Assembly: GCA_963704645.1 (NCBI GenBank)
Contig: OY969926.1
Span: forward strand, 768,001-832,000
DNA length: 64,000 nucleotides
Direction of reading: 5' to 3'
Origin: an uncultured bacterium
GTDB lineage: Bacteria > Patescibacteriota > JACMRA01
In this document: piece by piece, positions 30,791 through 41,291 of the stretch
Layout: each line of letters opens with the position of its first letter
How positions within the stretch are numbered: position 1 is the stretch's first letter
The notes under the pieces: model-generated
What the model was told of the DNA's origin: nothing
The model's input: only the letters and a program-made list of their open reading frames with translations
The model's database searches: none
Translations under genes and position numbers: made by a program

Positions 30791-33700
30791 CACTTCCTCC
30801 AATACTAGTAACTCCAATAGAACCAGCTTTGAAATCGTAGTTGGAATAGATTAGATAGTTCTTTGTAGTGTTTGTAGTTGTATTTGTAGTTATTGCAGTT
30901 ATTTCAAAGTCTACATTGAATAATAGTTGATTTGCTTTAAGAAGGTTTCCTGTACATCCTGTAGTATTATTGTATGTAGAGTTTGTTGTTAATATTCTGT
31001 AGCTTGTATCTGTTCTGAATTTATATTTTATGGAACATGTTGTAGTAAATCCAGATTGTTCTAATCTTGTATCTTTTAGAGTTAGTATTAGGTTATCTGA
31101 GTTTGTAGAACCAGAAGCTCCATATCTTTTGGCTAGGGCTTGGGTTGGGCTGTAGGTTAGTGCTGTTTCGAATAGGGCACATGGGTTAGTTGTGGAACAT
31201 AGTGAATCTATTACATTTACTGTTTCTCCTGTAGGTGTTATTGTTTCAGTTCCTATTTGTCCGTTAATAGGTTGTGTTCCAAGAAGTGTTCCTGTTGGTA
31301 CGTTAATACAAGTTACTAGACTAGAGTTTATTCCTGTTCCTACAGTACAAGTTCCTGCAGGGGTTGCATTACCTATTCCTAGTTTGAAGTTATTTGGTAA
31401 TGTTTTGTTTGTAGGAAGAGTGAAGGTACAAGTTGTTGTAGTGTTTACTCTTACTGTTCCAGGAGTTCCTCCTACTCCACATGTTACTGTAAGGGAAGGG
31501 ATGTCGGTTGTGGTTAGGGGGGAGGAAGAGAAGTTTATTGTAGCAGCTGAAGTTGATGTAGTTTGTCCATCTCCTGCCAGGGTTACGTTTGGTAGAGTTA
31601 TGCTAGAAGTTGTTGGATTGGTTGGGGTTAGCATTTTGTATTGGATGTAGCCTGTTCCGTTGTTTGGGTCTAGGGTGTCAATGTATGCCACAGGTGATTG
31701 GTTAAACAAACTGAAACCACTCAAGCCAGCAGGACAAGTATAGGTTATTGAGGTGTTGCTTGTAAATCCAGCGTTGTACTGTATAGTTACATAGTCATCA
31801 TTTGGTTGGTAGGCAGATCTAATATACTGACATTCTTTAACTGCTAAATATCTTCCTCCTAAACTATCTTGTGATTCGTTAGCAGGTTGGTTTGCAAGTG
31901 TTAGTCCATTTGTTCCAGCAGGACAAGCAAATGCGTTACCAGTTGCTGAATTGCTAAAGCCTAAGTCATACTGTACTGTAGAATAATCATCATTTGGTTG
32001 GTAGGCAGATCTAAGATATTGGCATTCAGCGAAAATTAGATATCTCTTACCTATCATTTCTAAGTATGAACTTGGGGGCTGGGTAGTTAAACTAAAACCA
32101 CTAGTTCCAGCAGGACATGTAAAACTGCTGTTCATGGTATTAGTAAATGGATTATTGTATTGGATTCTTACAAAATCATCATTTGGTTGGTAAACACTTC
32201 TAGTGTATTGACACTCTGTTAGGAAGGCATACCTCTTCTTCCCCATTTCCATAATACCAGTGGCAGAATTTGAAGCTTGACCATAGAAACCAGCATGAGG
32301 AGTTATGTTTAGAACATTGTTATCATCTGCTACTAGAGGTGTATTATCCCATACAGAATTTGGAATAGCTCCACCCATACCAGAATCTGTGTTACAAATA
32401 GGGTCTCCTGAAGCAGGAGTTAAACAATTAATTGTTGTATTTGGAATATATGTAAAAGCATTACCATTAGGAATAAGATTGTTAGCGTTGGTATCATTAT
32501 CTGTAATAGCTGCATTGCTTACTGCCCCATTAGTTTTATTCTGGTAAGCAAGTCTTACACATATTGTAGAACCTGCTGGTGTATTAGATAATGTTGTTGA
32601 GTAGCTTGAAGTAGATGTTGGACATACTGCACTTGCTCCTGTTCCTGAAGTAGGAAGAGCTAATAACTTTTTAACACTAAAGGCTGGGTCACCTGTTACT
32701 GTAATTCCACTTCCATTAGTTCCACTGTTTACTGAAGTAAATTCTGGGGTTGTTGCTGTAGATGAAATTGTAGATTGTGTTCCATAGTTTCCCCCCGCGG
32801 TGCCTGCTGGGATAATCATTTCATATTGGATGTAGGATTTAGAGCGGGTGGCGTCTAGGGTGTCAACACTGGTAAATTCATTTGGATAACCTACAGCATT
32901 TATAGCAACATAACCAGCAACATCAGCTTCACCTGGCGTACAACCTTGTGCCACAGATAAAGCAATAGAGCTTAGATTATCTGCAGAATATAGACTGTCA
33001 TAATTCATAAAATCTAAAGTAGTTGGATTTTGTCTGATACAGTGTAAATAATGTAAGTATCTATTACCTAAAGTAGATTTGGTTTGAATTTGATTTGGGA
33101 AATTAGCATTATTCCAGTTGGTATAACCTGCATTATCTACACTTCCTGGCGCACAATAACTTGGCAATGTCTCAGTTGAATTATTATTTACTCCATAAGT
33201 TTTAAAGTAGTTTACTAAGTCGTTTCCAAGCTGGCGAGTACAAGTTAGACCATGAATATATCTATCACCTAAAGTATCAAAACCATAAGCCCTGTTTGGA
33301 TCATCACTAACATTCCAACTTGTATAATTTGCACCATCTACACTTCCAGGTACACAACTAGGTGTTAATATAGTGTTTAATGTATTTGCAAAACTCACTG
33401 CGGCGTTAAAAGCAATAATATCTGCTCTATTAATGTTAGGTTGTGCTGTTCGAACACAGCTAAATGTATTTAGATACCTCATCTTCCCAATATCCTTAAC
33501 ACCAGCAACCGCATTGTAAGCAGTACCACCACTAGCAACAGTAGTTCCAGCAGCATCATACAAACCTGCACTTGGAGAAACTCCAGAAGCATTAGTTAAT
33601 GTAGAGAATAGAGTATCTTTGTTTGCAGCTGTTCCACTATCACAAACAAGTTCTGTGTTATCTGGAGAAGTAATTGTTGTAGTACTAGGATTTAAACAAT

Positions 33701-35162
33701 TTTTAGCAGATCCTGCTACATAGGTAAATGTATTTGGAAGGCTGTCTTTAATGTTAGCACTAGCAGAAGAAATACCTCCTGTGTTTTCATTCCATAATCT
33801 TACTAAAACAGATTGTCCTGGGTTAGCAGATACTGTAGGGCTCCATGTACTTCCTCCGTCTACAGAGTATAGTTTTGTGTAGGTTATGTTTGGAGTGGAT
33901 ACGTTGGTTATTGTTAAAGAGCTAGCTGTTCCTGAAGTTTTAGCTCCACCTGCATTTAGGGTTCCTGTTGTTCCTACTTGTTGTCCGTTGGTAAGTCCAC
34001 TGGTTGGTGCTTGCATGGAGTAAGAGATGTAGCCGTGGCCTCTGGTGGTGTCTGAGAGGTCGGAAGTACCTACAGTGGCATTTACTAGTTCTGCATTTTG
34101 ATCACAGTTTGCGGTGGCAGTAAGAGTATTATCTATAGAAATAATGTCATAATATGTATAGGTATCAATAGTTGAGTTTGTTCTTGTCCTTGCATAGTTA
34201 CATTGATTTTGATGAAGATATCTACCTCCTAAAGAATCTTTTACTGAGCTTGTGATGTTAGTTAAATATTGGGCAATACTTGGAGTAACAGAAGCACAGG
34301 TTACTGTTGTAGCTAGAGTATTGTCGTATTCCCAAACATCTCGATATGAATAATTATCATCGTCAGTTGGATTATAGTAATTGCATTGACCTTGAGTAAT
34401 GTATCTGTTTCCTGCAGTAAAGAGTGTTGCTACTTGGTTAAATGAAGTTTGGGCGGATATATTGCATGTAGTTGTTGTAATTAAAGTTGAGCTAAATCTA
34501 ATATTTCGAGTGCTGTAATTATCTGCGTTTGCAGTATCAGTGTAATTACACTGGTCTACTGCTAGATACCTCTTCTTCCCCAACTCCAAATTAGAAGAAG
34601 TAAGAGTATTATCCACACCATATCCAAAGTATCCAGCACCTGGTGCTACAGAAAGGTTCTGTCCTGTAAATACATTATTGTTTAGTGTTACTGGTGTTGC
34701 GTCTACATAACTATTTGTTACTGCTCCTACTCTTGTGAAGTTGGCTGGCATACTATCTGTAATGTTGGCTGCTGTTACAGATGCTGTAGTTGTATTATTA
34801 TAATAGTTTCTTACATTAACTAATTCTCCTGGAGCAATATCTAAACTTCTATATAATTGTCCGTTCTTTTCATACATTTTTACAAAACATACTCCTGCTG
34901 TATTTGTTCCTCCATTAGATGTATAAGTTGCACAGTCTGAGGGGTTAAAAGCAGTTGCTGTTGTATTTGCTGCTTTGGCTGTATCAGAATCTTGTTTTAA
35001 TAGGTTGTATGTAAATAATCCTGAGATAAGAAGTACAGAAAGAACTAGAAGAGAGATTAAAGAATATTTTCCTTTTTTAGATTGGAAGAAGGAATTTAGA
35101 TTAGTGTCTTTTTTCAAAGATTTTTTTTGGTTCATATTTTGTTTTTGTTTTTTTAAATACAC
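30783..35162 (-). CDS. Large membrane-anchored surface protein with three DUF11-like modules, each carrying a different Cys-repeat insert (likely start ATG 35135)
   Basis: N-terminal TM; three blocks with PG..V.VR..N...A.I.D, P.AG.Y, GK.RY and D..D.....YI.Y.M..P motifs. Confidence 0.8.
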   Translation of the reverse strand: MYLKKQKQNMNQKKSLKKDTNLNSFFQSKKGKYSLISLLVLSVLLISGLFTYNLLKQDSDTAKAANTTATAFNPSDCATYTSNGGTNTAGVCFVKMYEKNGQLYRSLDIAPGELVNVRNYYNNTTTASVTAANITDSMPANFTRVGAVTNSYVDATPVTLNNNVFTGQNLSVAPGAGYFGYGVDNTLTSSNLELGKKRYLAVDQCNYTDTANADNYSTRNIRFSSTLITTTTCNISAQTSFNQVATLFTAGNRYITQGQCNYYNPTDDDNYSYRDVWEYDNTLATTVTCASVTPSIAQYLTNITSSVKDSLGGRYLHQNQCNYARTRTNSTIDTYTYYDIISIDNTLTATANCDQNAELVNATVGTSDLSDTTRGHGYISYSMQAPTSGLTNGQQVGTTGTLNAGGAKTSGTASSLTITNVSTPNITYTKLYSVDGGSTWSPTVSANPGQSVLVRLWNENTGGISSASANIKDSLPNTFTYVAGSAKNCLNPSTTTITSPDNTELVCDSGTAANKDTLFSTLTNASGVSPSAGLYDAAGTTVASGGTAYNAVAGVKDIGKMRYLNTFSCVRTAQPNINRADIIAFNAAVSFANTLNTILTPSCVPGSVDGANYTSWNVSDDPNRAYGFDTLGDRYIHGLTCTRQLGNDLVNYFKTYGVNNNSTETLPSYCAPGSVDNAGYTNWNNANFPNQIQTKSTLGNRYLHYLHCIRQNPTTLDFMNYDSLYSADNLSSIALSVAQGCTPGEADVAGYVAINAVGYPNEFTSVDTLDATRSKSYIQYEMIIPAGTAGGNYGTQSTISSTATTPEFTSVNSGTNGSGITVTGDPAFSVKKLLALPTSGTGASAVCPTSTSSYSTTLSNTPAGSTICVRLAYQNKTNGAVSNAAITDNDTNANNLIPNGNAFTYIPNTTINCLTPASGDPICNTDSGMGGAIPNSVWDNTPLVADDNNVLNITPHAGFYGQASNSATGIMEMGKKRYAFLTECQYTRSVYQPNDDFVRIQYNNPFTNTMNSSFTCPAGTSGFSLTTQPPSSYLEMIGKRYLIFAECQYLRSAYQPNDDYSTVQYDLGFSNSATGNAFACPAGTNGLTLANQPANESQDSLGGRYLAVKECQYIRSAYQPNDDYVTIQYNAGFTSNTSITYTCPAGLSGFSLFNQSPVAYIDTLDPNNGTGYIQYKMLTPTNPTTSSITLPNVTLAGDGQTTSTSAATINFSSSPLTTTDIPSLTVTCGVGGTPGTVRVNTTTTCTFTLPTNKTLPNNFKLGIGNATPAGTCTVGTGINSSLVTCINVPTGTLLGTQPINGQIGTETITPTGETVNVIDSLCSTTNPCALFETALTYSPTQALAKRYGASGSTNSDNLILTLKDTRLEQSGFTTTCSIKYKFRTDTSYRILTTNSTYNNTTGCTGNLLKANQLLFNVDFEITAITTNTTTNTTKNYLIYSNYDFKAGSIGVTSIGGSGL

Positions 35163-35253
35163 ACAGAAGAGTATATTTTCTGCTTATGCTTGTTAGTGTA
35201 TTTTGTTTTTTTGTTTTGGGCAAAATTGACACGAATAAATTGTTCAACAAGGC

Positions 35254-36429
35254 TTGGCCGTAATTATGTTTAATAAAAATAAAGCTATTGCAATAATAAT
35301 TTTAATTTTAATTGGAATTTTAGGATGGTTAGGTTACAGTGGATATCAGACATGGTATGGAATGCCTGCAAATTCTCCAATTGGGGAATACACTTTAGAA
35401 GTTAAAACAGGTGACAAAATTGAAGATGTAGCCAAAAAGTTAGAAGAAGACAAGGTTGTTTCTAGTAAAGATGTTTTTTTATTACAAGCTAAAATTAACC
35501 CAATTAAAAACTTGCAAACAGGTGAGTATTCTCTTAAAGTTCCGGCTAATATTGATACATTGCTTGTAAATATAGATCAACAAACCCAGTTAAAATTAGA
35601 TGAAATTGCTAAGGCTCCTAAACTTCCTACAATAAAAGTAACAATTAGAGAAGGTTTAAATATTGATCAAACTGCCGCTATTCTAGAAGGGCAGGGGGTT
35701 TTAAAAGCATCAGAAATGCAGGAATTTGCTAAAGATTACAAAAATTTTAGCAGAACAAAATACCCATTTTTACCAGAACCATTAAGTTGTACATACGGAG
35801 ATTTGAAAAATTGTGCTAAATATTATGTAGAAGGTTATCTATACCCAGACACTTACGATTTTTTTAAGCCTAGCACGCCAGCCCAGGTTTTTGATACTTT
35901 ATTAAGAAACTTTAATACAAAAGTTTGGTCTAAATTAGAGACACAGGCCAAGGGAAAAGACTTCCACAAAATTGTAATAATGGCATCGGTTATGGAAAAA
36001 GAGAGTGGTCGTAATAAAGGTGTAAAAGATGATACTGTTTTAGCAGAACTAAATAAAGAAAGAAAAATTATTGCTGGTGTTTTTTATAATAGATTAGAGC
36101 AAGATATGAAATGGCAAAGTGATGTAACGGCTGAATATGGTTACGGAAAGAAAGTGTGTCAACAAACTTTTAAGCTGGAAGGATGTATTTATTTAGATGA
36201 TGAGCTAGCAAACACCAAATATAATACTTATTTGGTTTCGGGTTACCCAATTGGACCAGTAACTAACCCTCAGTTTTTTAATATTGAAGCTGCTTTAAAT
36301 CCAGACCAGAATGATTATTTATATTTTGTAGCCGACGTTACAGGTAAAAAGTATTTTGGCACAACTGAGGCAGATCAAAATAAAATTATTAATCAAGTAA
36401 ATAAAATTAACAGAGAGCTGGGGCTATAG
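35254..36429 (+). CDS. mltG: Endolytic transglycosylase MltG (likely start ATG 35266)
   Basis: VTIREG, EGYLYPDTY, MASVMEKE, IAGVFYNRL, QSD, YNTY...PIGPVTNP, YLYFV. Confidence 0.93.
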   Translation: MAVIMFNKNKAIAIIILILIGILGWLGYSGYQTWYGMPANSPIGEYTLEVKTGDKIEDVAKKLEEDKVVSSKDVFLLQAKINPIKNLQTGEYSLKVPANIDTLLVNIDQQTQLKLDEIAKAPKLPTIKVTIREGLNIDQTAAILEGQGVLKASEMQEFAKDYKNFSRTKYPFLPEPLSCTYGDLKNCAKYYVEGYLYPDTYDFFKPSTPAQVFDTLLRNFNTKVWSKLETQAKGKDFHKIVIMASVMEKESGRNKGVKDDTVLAELNKERKIIAGVFYNRLEQDMKWQSDVTAEYGYGKKVCQQTFKLEGCIYLDDELANTKYNTYLVSGYPIGPVTNPQFFNIEAALNPDQNDYLYFVADVTGKKYFGTTEADQNKIINQVNKINRELGL

Positions 36430-36467
36430 CTTGACAAAAGACTTTGCTAGACTGAATTATTAAAACT

Positions 36468-37511
36468 ATGAACCGGAAAAAAGTAGTGAAAGATGACTTC
36501 ACTGATCAAGAAATTAACTTAAGCTCTGTTTCTGAAATAATATCGGAAACTATTCCTGAAAAAACTTTTAACCAAGGTGCTGTAAAGCTTAGACCAGTAA
36601 AAAAAAGTGTGTTTTCACTTCCATATTTTAATTTTGATATAATACTCTCCTCTATAGCTTTTGGATGTATTTTAGGAGTGTTATTATTTTATTTTCAAGG
36701 TTTACAGCCATTAATTTTAAGAAACTACAGTGAAAATGCTTCAAAAAAAGTTGTACAATTGAAAGAAAAATACACTTCACAAATATCACCTGTGCTTGCA
36801 GCTTCGCAAAGTTTAAATGCCGCTTTTGAAAACGATGCTGACAAAATATGTAGCGAACAAAAACTTTATGAAAATAAACAAGTTGATCAAGAAAAAAACG
36901 ACAGACTAAAACTAGGTCTTGTTCCAGATTCCAGTTTTAAAAACTTAAGTAATTCAGGGCCGTTTTTTAACTCAGAAATTCAGCAAACTTATCAAAAGTT
37001 TTTTGGGGAATACGTTTCGGCTCTTGAAGTTTGGAGTGATAGTACATCTAATTTAAATACCCTACCTAACTTTTTAGAATACAGAAATTTATGGATTTCT
37101 ACCTGTCAAAAAATTGAAACTAGCAACGGTGATCTAGCCTTACTTAAAGAAGCTTGTTCTAATTTTACAACTGGTGTAGCTAAATATGAATCTTTGAAAA
37201 CAAGTCAGTTTTGGGAGCAAATCTCTAAGGGCGTAGAAGAAAGTTTGGGTAAATGTAATGAAGTAACAAGTTCTAATTCTAAGGCTAAAATTTTAGTTAA
37301 TTTTGGTAAGTGGAAGTTAGATTGGCTAAATGGTTTTGACAGGGTTTTAGCAGCTAGACCAATTTCAGATAGTGACGGTGAAGTTTTAAATAAAACATCA
37401 GAGAGTTTGTTGAATTTAGCTTCCATCACCATTACAAAAATTGATTCTATTGCGGCCGAAAGACAGCAGTTTATTAATTTGTGGTATATTATGGAATTCA
37501 AGGCTGGGTAA
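36468..37511 (+). CDS. Hypothetical membrane-anchored protein
   Basis: 347-aa ORF, single TM near residue 60, helical C-terminal part. Confidence 0.7.
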   Translation: MNRKKVVKDDFTDQEINLSSVSEIISETIPEKTFNQGAVKLRPVKKSVFSLPYFNFDIILSSIAFGCILGVLLFYFQGLQPLILRNYSENASKKVVQLKEKYTSQISPVLAASQSLNAAFENDADKICSEQKLYENKQVDQEKNDRLKLGLVPDSSFKNLSNSGPFFNSEIQQTYQKFFGEYVSALEVWSDSTSNLNTLPNFLEYRNLWISTCQKIETSNGDLALLKEACSNFTTGVAKYESLKTSQFWEQISKGVEESLGKCNEVTSSNSKAKILVNFGKWKLDWLNGFDRVLAARPISDSDGEVLNKTSESLLNLASITITKIDSIAAERQQFINLWYIMEFKAG

Positions 37512-37608
37512 TAAATTCAGGTTTATTATTAAATTTATCTGGCTTATCTGTTTAGACCCTGAAATAAATTCAGGGTGATATTGCTCAAGAATTTTCATCT
37601 TTCCTAGG

Positions 37609-37920
37609 TTAAATAATCTCTGCTACAATTGCCCCATCTTGGCCTGTGAAATAGCCTCCGTTTCTGTGGGCGTAGCCGCATAAGTTTAAATAATTTTCAG
37701 TGTAATAACGTAATGGGTTTTTGCCTTGAATTAAGTTTTTAGATTGCAAACCTTTACCAACAATTATGCAAATTTTAACATGAATTCCAGACTGAATTTG
37801 CCGCGATTTTTCTAGTTTAGTTTTTACAATAAATCTGTCTAAAGCTAGCCATACATCGTTTTCGCTTACTACTTTTCCGTGACCATTTAAGTGGTGTAAA
37901 TCTATGGTAGGGTAGTTCAT
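37609..37920 (-). CDS. Smr/MutS2-like domain protein
   Basis: TIDLH, IIVGKGLQS, terminal GAIV motif. Confidence 0.75.
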   Translation of the reverse strand: MNYPTIDLHHLNGHGKVVSENDVWLALDRFIVKTKLEKSRQIQSGIHVKICIIVGKGLQSKNLIQGKNPLRYYTENYLNLCGYAHRNGGYFTGQDGAIVAEII

Positions 37921-37979
37921 ATTTAATATATTTTTGATGTACAGGTTTAGCTTTTAGACAAGTTCAAAAAATTCTCAAA

Positions 37980-39158
37980 TTAGATTGAGAGACTGGCTGT
38001 AACTGTGCTAAGCTTTTCAACAAATTCTTCAATCTCTTTTTGTGTTGTCATAATTCCTAAAGTTATTCTAATATTTGCCCCAGTTTCTTTTTTTCCAATT
38101 TCATTAAAAAGTGGGCTGTTATGAATTGCCCCGCTTCTACAATTGCTTCCGCTACTAACACAAATATTTTCTAAACTTAATGCTGTTAAAACTTCTTCTG
38201 TGTTTAAATTTGGTATGAAAATATTTAAATTATTTGCAGCTCTTTGTGAAAAATTATTTTCCTCATAAAACCCGTTAATTTGAATATTTGGAATTGCTTG
38301 TTTCAACTTTTTGTAAAGATAATCTCTTAAGTTTCCAACCTTTACTCGGTTTTTATCTAAATTAATTTGAGTAAGTTCCAAGGCTTGGGTGAATGTTGAA
38401 ATGCTCGCCACGTTTTCGGTTCCTGCTCTAATTCCACTTTCTTGGTGGCCACCTCGAATTTCTGATTTCAGGTTAATTTCTTTTTTATAAACCAGGCAGC
38501 CAACACCTTTTGGAGCATAAATTTTAGAGCTGCTGAAAGTTACTAAATCTACATTTTTTACTAATTCCTTTAAATCAATCCAATTTGGTGCCTGGGCTGA
38601 ATCTGATAAAATGTGTAACTTTGGTATTCCAAGTTTGGATCTTTCTAAATTTACTTCATCAGCAATTGCTTTAATTTCTTTTAACTGCTGAATTGTTCCA
38701 ATTTCGTTGTTTACACTTTGAATACAGATTAGATTAATTTCGTCAGTAATTTTTGATTGTAAGTCCTCTAGGTTAATAAAACCGTTGGAATCAACGACCA
38801 CTCTTTTTTGATTATCACCAGGAATATTTTCTAGAACGGAATCGTGTTCTAGGTTGGAGTATAAGATCTTTCCAGTTTGTGGCTCGCAAGCTTCGCCGCT
38901 ACGGGTTTTTTTGAAAGTTTGTAGTGCTAGGAAGTTCGCTTCGGTTATACTTGCAGTAAAAATTATGTTGTGGGTGTCTCTGGAAATTCCTAAAATATTG
39001 AAAAGTTTTAATCTACTTCTTTCTAGCTCCGCCTTAGCTAATTGTCCTGTTGGATGTGTAGCCGAAGGATTTCCCCAAAAGCTTTGACTTACTAAATTAT
39101 AATGCTCCATTAATTCAGGCAAAATAGGCGTTGAACCGGCGTAGTCCAGATAGATCAT
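37980..39158 (-). CDS. Cysteine desulfurase (IscS/NifS family)
   Basis: IYLDYAGSTP, GNPSATH, EHDSV, NNEIGTIQ, DSAQ, SSSKIYAPKG, RAGTEN, SSGSNC. Confidence 0.92.
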   Translation of the reverse strand: MIYLDYAGSTPILPELMEHYNLVSQSFWGNPSATHPTGQLAKAELERSRLKLFNILGISRDTHNIIFTASITEANFLALQTFKKTRSGEACEPQTGKILYSNLEHDSVLENIPGDNQKRVVVDSNGFINLEDLQSKITDEINLICIQSVNNEIGTIQQLKEIKAIADEVNLERSKLGIPKLHILSDSAQAPNWIDLKELVKNVDLVTFSSSKIYAPKGVGCLVYKKEINLKSEIRGGHQESGIRAGTENVASISTFTQALELTQINLDKNRVKVGNLRDYLYKKLKQAIPNIQINGFYEENNFSQRAANNLNIFIPNLNTEEVLTALSLENICVSSGSNCRSGAIHNSPLFNEIGKKETGANIRITLGIMTTQKEIEEFVEKLSTVTASLSI

Positions 39159-39288
39159 GTTTAAGTTATCGTGAATATTTTAGTTGGTGTAAAGGGTGGT
39201 GGAAATATAAGATTTAAGCTCATTCTAAACTGAGAAATTTGGGTAATAATTAGAACCCCACAATTTTGCAGGGCTCAAAGCTTACGAG

Positions 39289-39702
39289 TTACGGAAAAGT
39301 AATTTTTGTAATTCTCACTTCTTCACAAATTTCTGAATTCAGATTTGGCTTAAAATAAGCCATTATTAGTGGTTTAGGGAGAAGTCTAAGAAAATGATTG
39401 CCAGCTGGAGGATAAACAAGTTTTAAAGATATGAATTCAACTTGTTCTTCCAACCAACCACTTCCTCCTTCAGCAGAAAAGCTTGCGGTTCTAGTTACAA
39501 TTAGTCGCTCTAAGTCGTCTGGATCGTGTATAATTTCCAAGGTGGCAAAGACTGATTTGTTGCTTCTTTCAACTTGACCTTCAATTCCAATAGTGTATCC
39601 GCTGTATGATTTTCTAACAATTTGGTTGAAAGTCTGAAGAACATTATTCAGCATAGTACCACCTTTCAATTCAACTACTTCTGGCATGATAAAATTCTCC
39701 AT
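39289..39702 (-). CDS. Orphan hypothetical protein (start uncertain, ATG 39702 or 39687)
   Basis: C-terminal ~135 aa of the called ORF; hairpin follows near 39253-39277. Confidence 0.5.
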   Translation of the reverse strand: MENFIMPEVVELKGGTMLNNVLQTFNQIVRKSYSGYTIGIEGQVERSNKSVFATLEIIHDPDDLERLIVTRTASFSAEGGSGWLEEQVEFISLKLVYPPAGNHFLRLLPKPLIMAYFKPNLNSEICEEVRITKITFP

Positions 39703-39847
39703 CAAAATAATAATATTACCTGCTTCATTAACACACACTTTTAAGCTTTGATCAAGTTGATTTTGGAACTTCGGCAGCAAAAAAAAGACAAAAAAATGGA
39801 ACCGCAAGGGTTCCGCTACGTAATGTAAAATTATAAAAAACTTGAGA

Positions 39848-40033
39848 TTACCCAATTTTCTTACGCATTATGTATTCTGCTGCAATAAATGCTATAGCTG
39901 CAATGGCGGCTCTGATTGCTAGGTCTATAAGGGCTGGTTGGTCTAGCAAAAAACTGCCTCTTACAATTACGTTGTATAAAACTGTAAGAACAAGTGTGAT
40001 AAATGCTCCTAAAAGGTAATAAATTATGTTCAT
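39848..40033 (-). CDS. Small two-TM membrane protein
   Basis: 61 aa with two hydrophobic helices and basic tail; follows recF. Confidence 0.6.
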   Translation of the reverse strand: MNIIYYLLGAFITLVLTVLYNVIVRGSFLLDQPALIDLAIRAAIAAIAFIAAEYIMRKKIG

Positions 40034-40053
40034 AATGTTCTTAATATGGCCAA

Positions 40054-41187
40054 TTATTCAGCCTTTGTCAACTGTAAAGTACTGTAGGTTGCCAACTCAA
40101 AGTTTACAGGCCTGGTGGAAGTAGCAAAGAAAAAATCGGATTCACGTTTTACTGTGTTGAAAAATAAAAATTCTCGGGTGCTGTCTAATTCGTTAAACAA
40201 ATCGTCTAGCAACCATATCACACTTTGATTTTCAGGAAGGTTTCTTCTAACAATTTCTTTCCAATATAAAGCCAGTAAACGCATTTCACCCCTAGATAAA
40301 ATTTGGGTGGCGTTCTGGTAATTGCAAAGCCAGTTAAAATCGTCCCTATTAGCCCCGAATAAAACTTTACCTGCTCTCAGTTCTGCTTCCCACAAACTTT
40401 TGAAGTTAGTATTTCCAATAACTTTTTGTAGGAATAAGGTTTTTTCGTATTGGTTTAAACTGCTCCAGTTTTCCCAGTTAAAACGTTCGTCCATTTTCTT
40501 TAGACTTAGCTTAAAACCTTTGAAATTGGTTATCTCTAAATCAATCTGCCAGTTTTTAAAGCTAGAATTTATCCAGTTTCCAAACATGCTTTTGTGTTTA
40601 AATAGTTCGGCAAAAAAGTTGGCTCTGTAAACCCAAATGTCTAAACTTGCTTCATATAAGTCTTGATTAAGTTTATCTAAAATAATTTGGTCGGGTACTA
40701 TTCCTTCGCTTAAAAAGTTTTTAATTAACTGGGTTTTACCTTTAACCGCCCTGTCTAATTGTTCTAATAATTTGGAATATTGTTGCCCGTGAATTTCTGT
40801 TAAGCTATTATCTAAAACACCAATTTTTTGGGTTCTTGGTAAATTTAAAAAATAGTTATCTGCTGGAAGGTAAGTAATAATTTTAGGCAAAATAGTATTA
40901 TCAGGAAAGTTAATGGAAGTTACTAATCTGCCACTTGGGGCAATTTTACCAGTTACATTCCAGTTATCATCAATGCTTACTCCAAAATAATCACGTCCTT
41001 GCATTAAGTTATCTTTCCACTTACTTGCGGGCCAAGGTTTGCCAGTTAAAAGGCTATAATAAGCAGAAAGCAGGCTTGTTTTACCGCTTCCATTTTTATC
41101 GCACAATAAAAAAGAATGATTGGGTAAATAAAAATGCTGCTCTTCAAAACAACGCCAATAGTTCAAACTAATTTTTGTGACTGACAT
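40054..41187 (-). CDS. recF: DNA replication and repair protein RecF (divergent)
   Basis: NGSGKTS Walker A, GANRDD, LSRGE, LLDDLFNELD. Confidence 0.85.
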   Translation of the reverse strand: MSVTKISLNYWRCFEEQHFYLPNHSFLLCDKNGSGKTSLLSAYYSLLTGKPWPASKWKDNLMQGRDYFGVSIDDNWNVTGKIAPSGRLVTSINFPDNTILPKIITYLPADNYFLNLPRTQKIGVLDNSLTEIHGQQYSKLLEQLDRAVKGKTQLIKNFLSEGIVPDQIILDKLNQDLYEASLDIWVYRANFFAELFKHKSMFGNWINSSFKNWQIDLEITNFKGFKLSLKKMDERFNWENWSSLNQYEKTLFLQKVIGNTNFKSLWEAELRAGKVLFGANRDDFNWLCNYQNATQILSRGEMRLLALYWKEIVRRNLPENQSVIWLLDDLFNELDSTREFLFFNTVKRESDFFFATSTRPVNFELATYSTLQLTKAE

Positions 41188-41291
41188 TATTTAAGTTATG
41201 CATAAACGAGGTAAGTTTGCAAATTTTTGGGAAATGTGATTATGAAATTAGAGAACGGTAATTACTTTTAGACTAAGGATAAACAAATATA

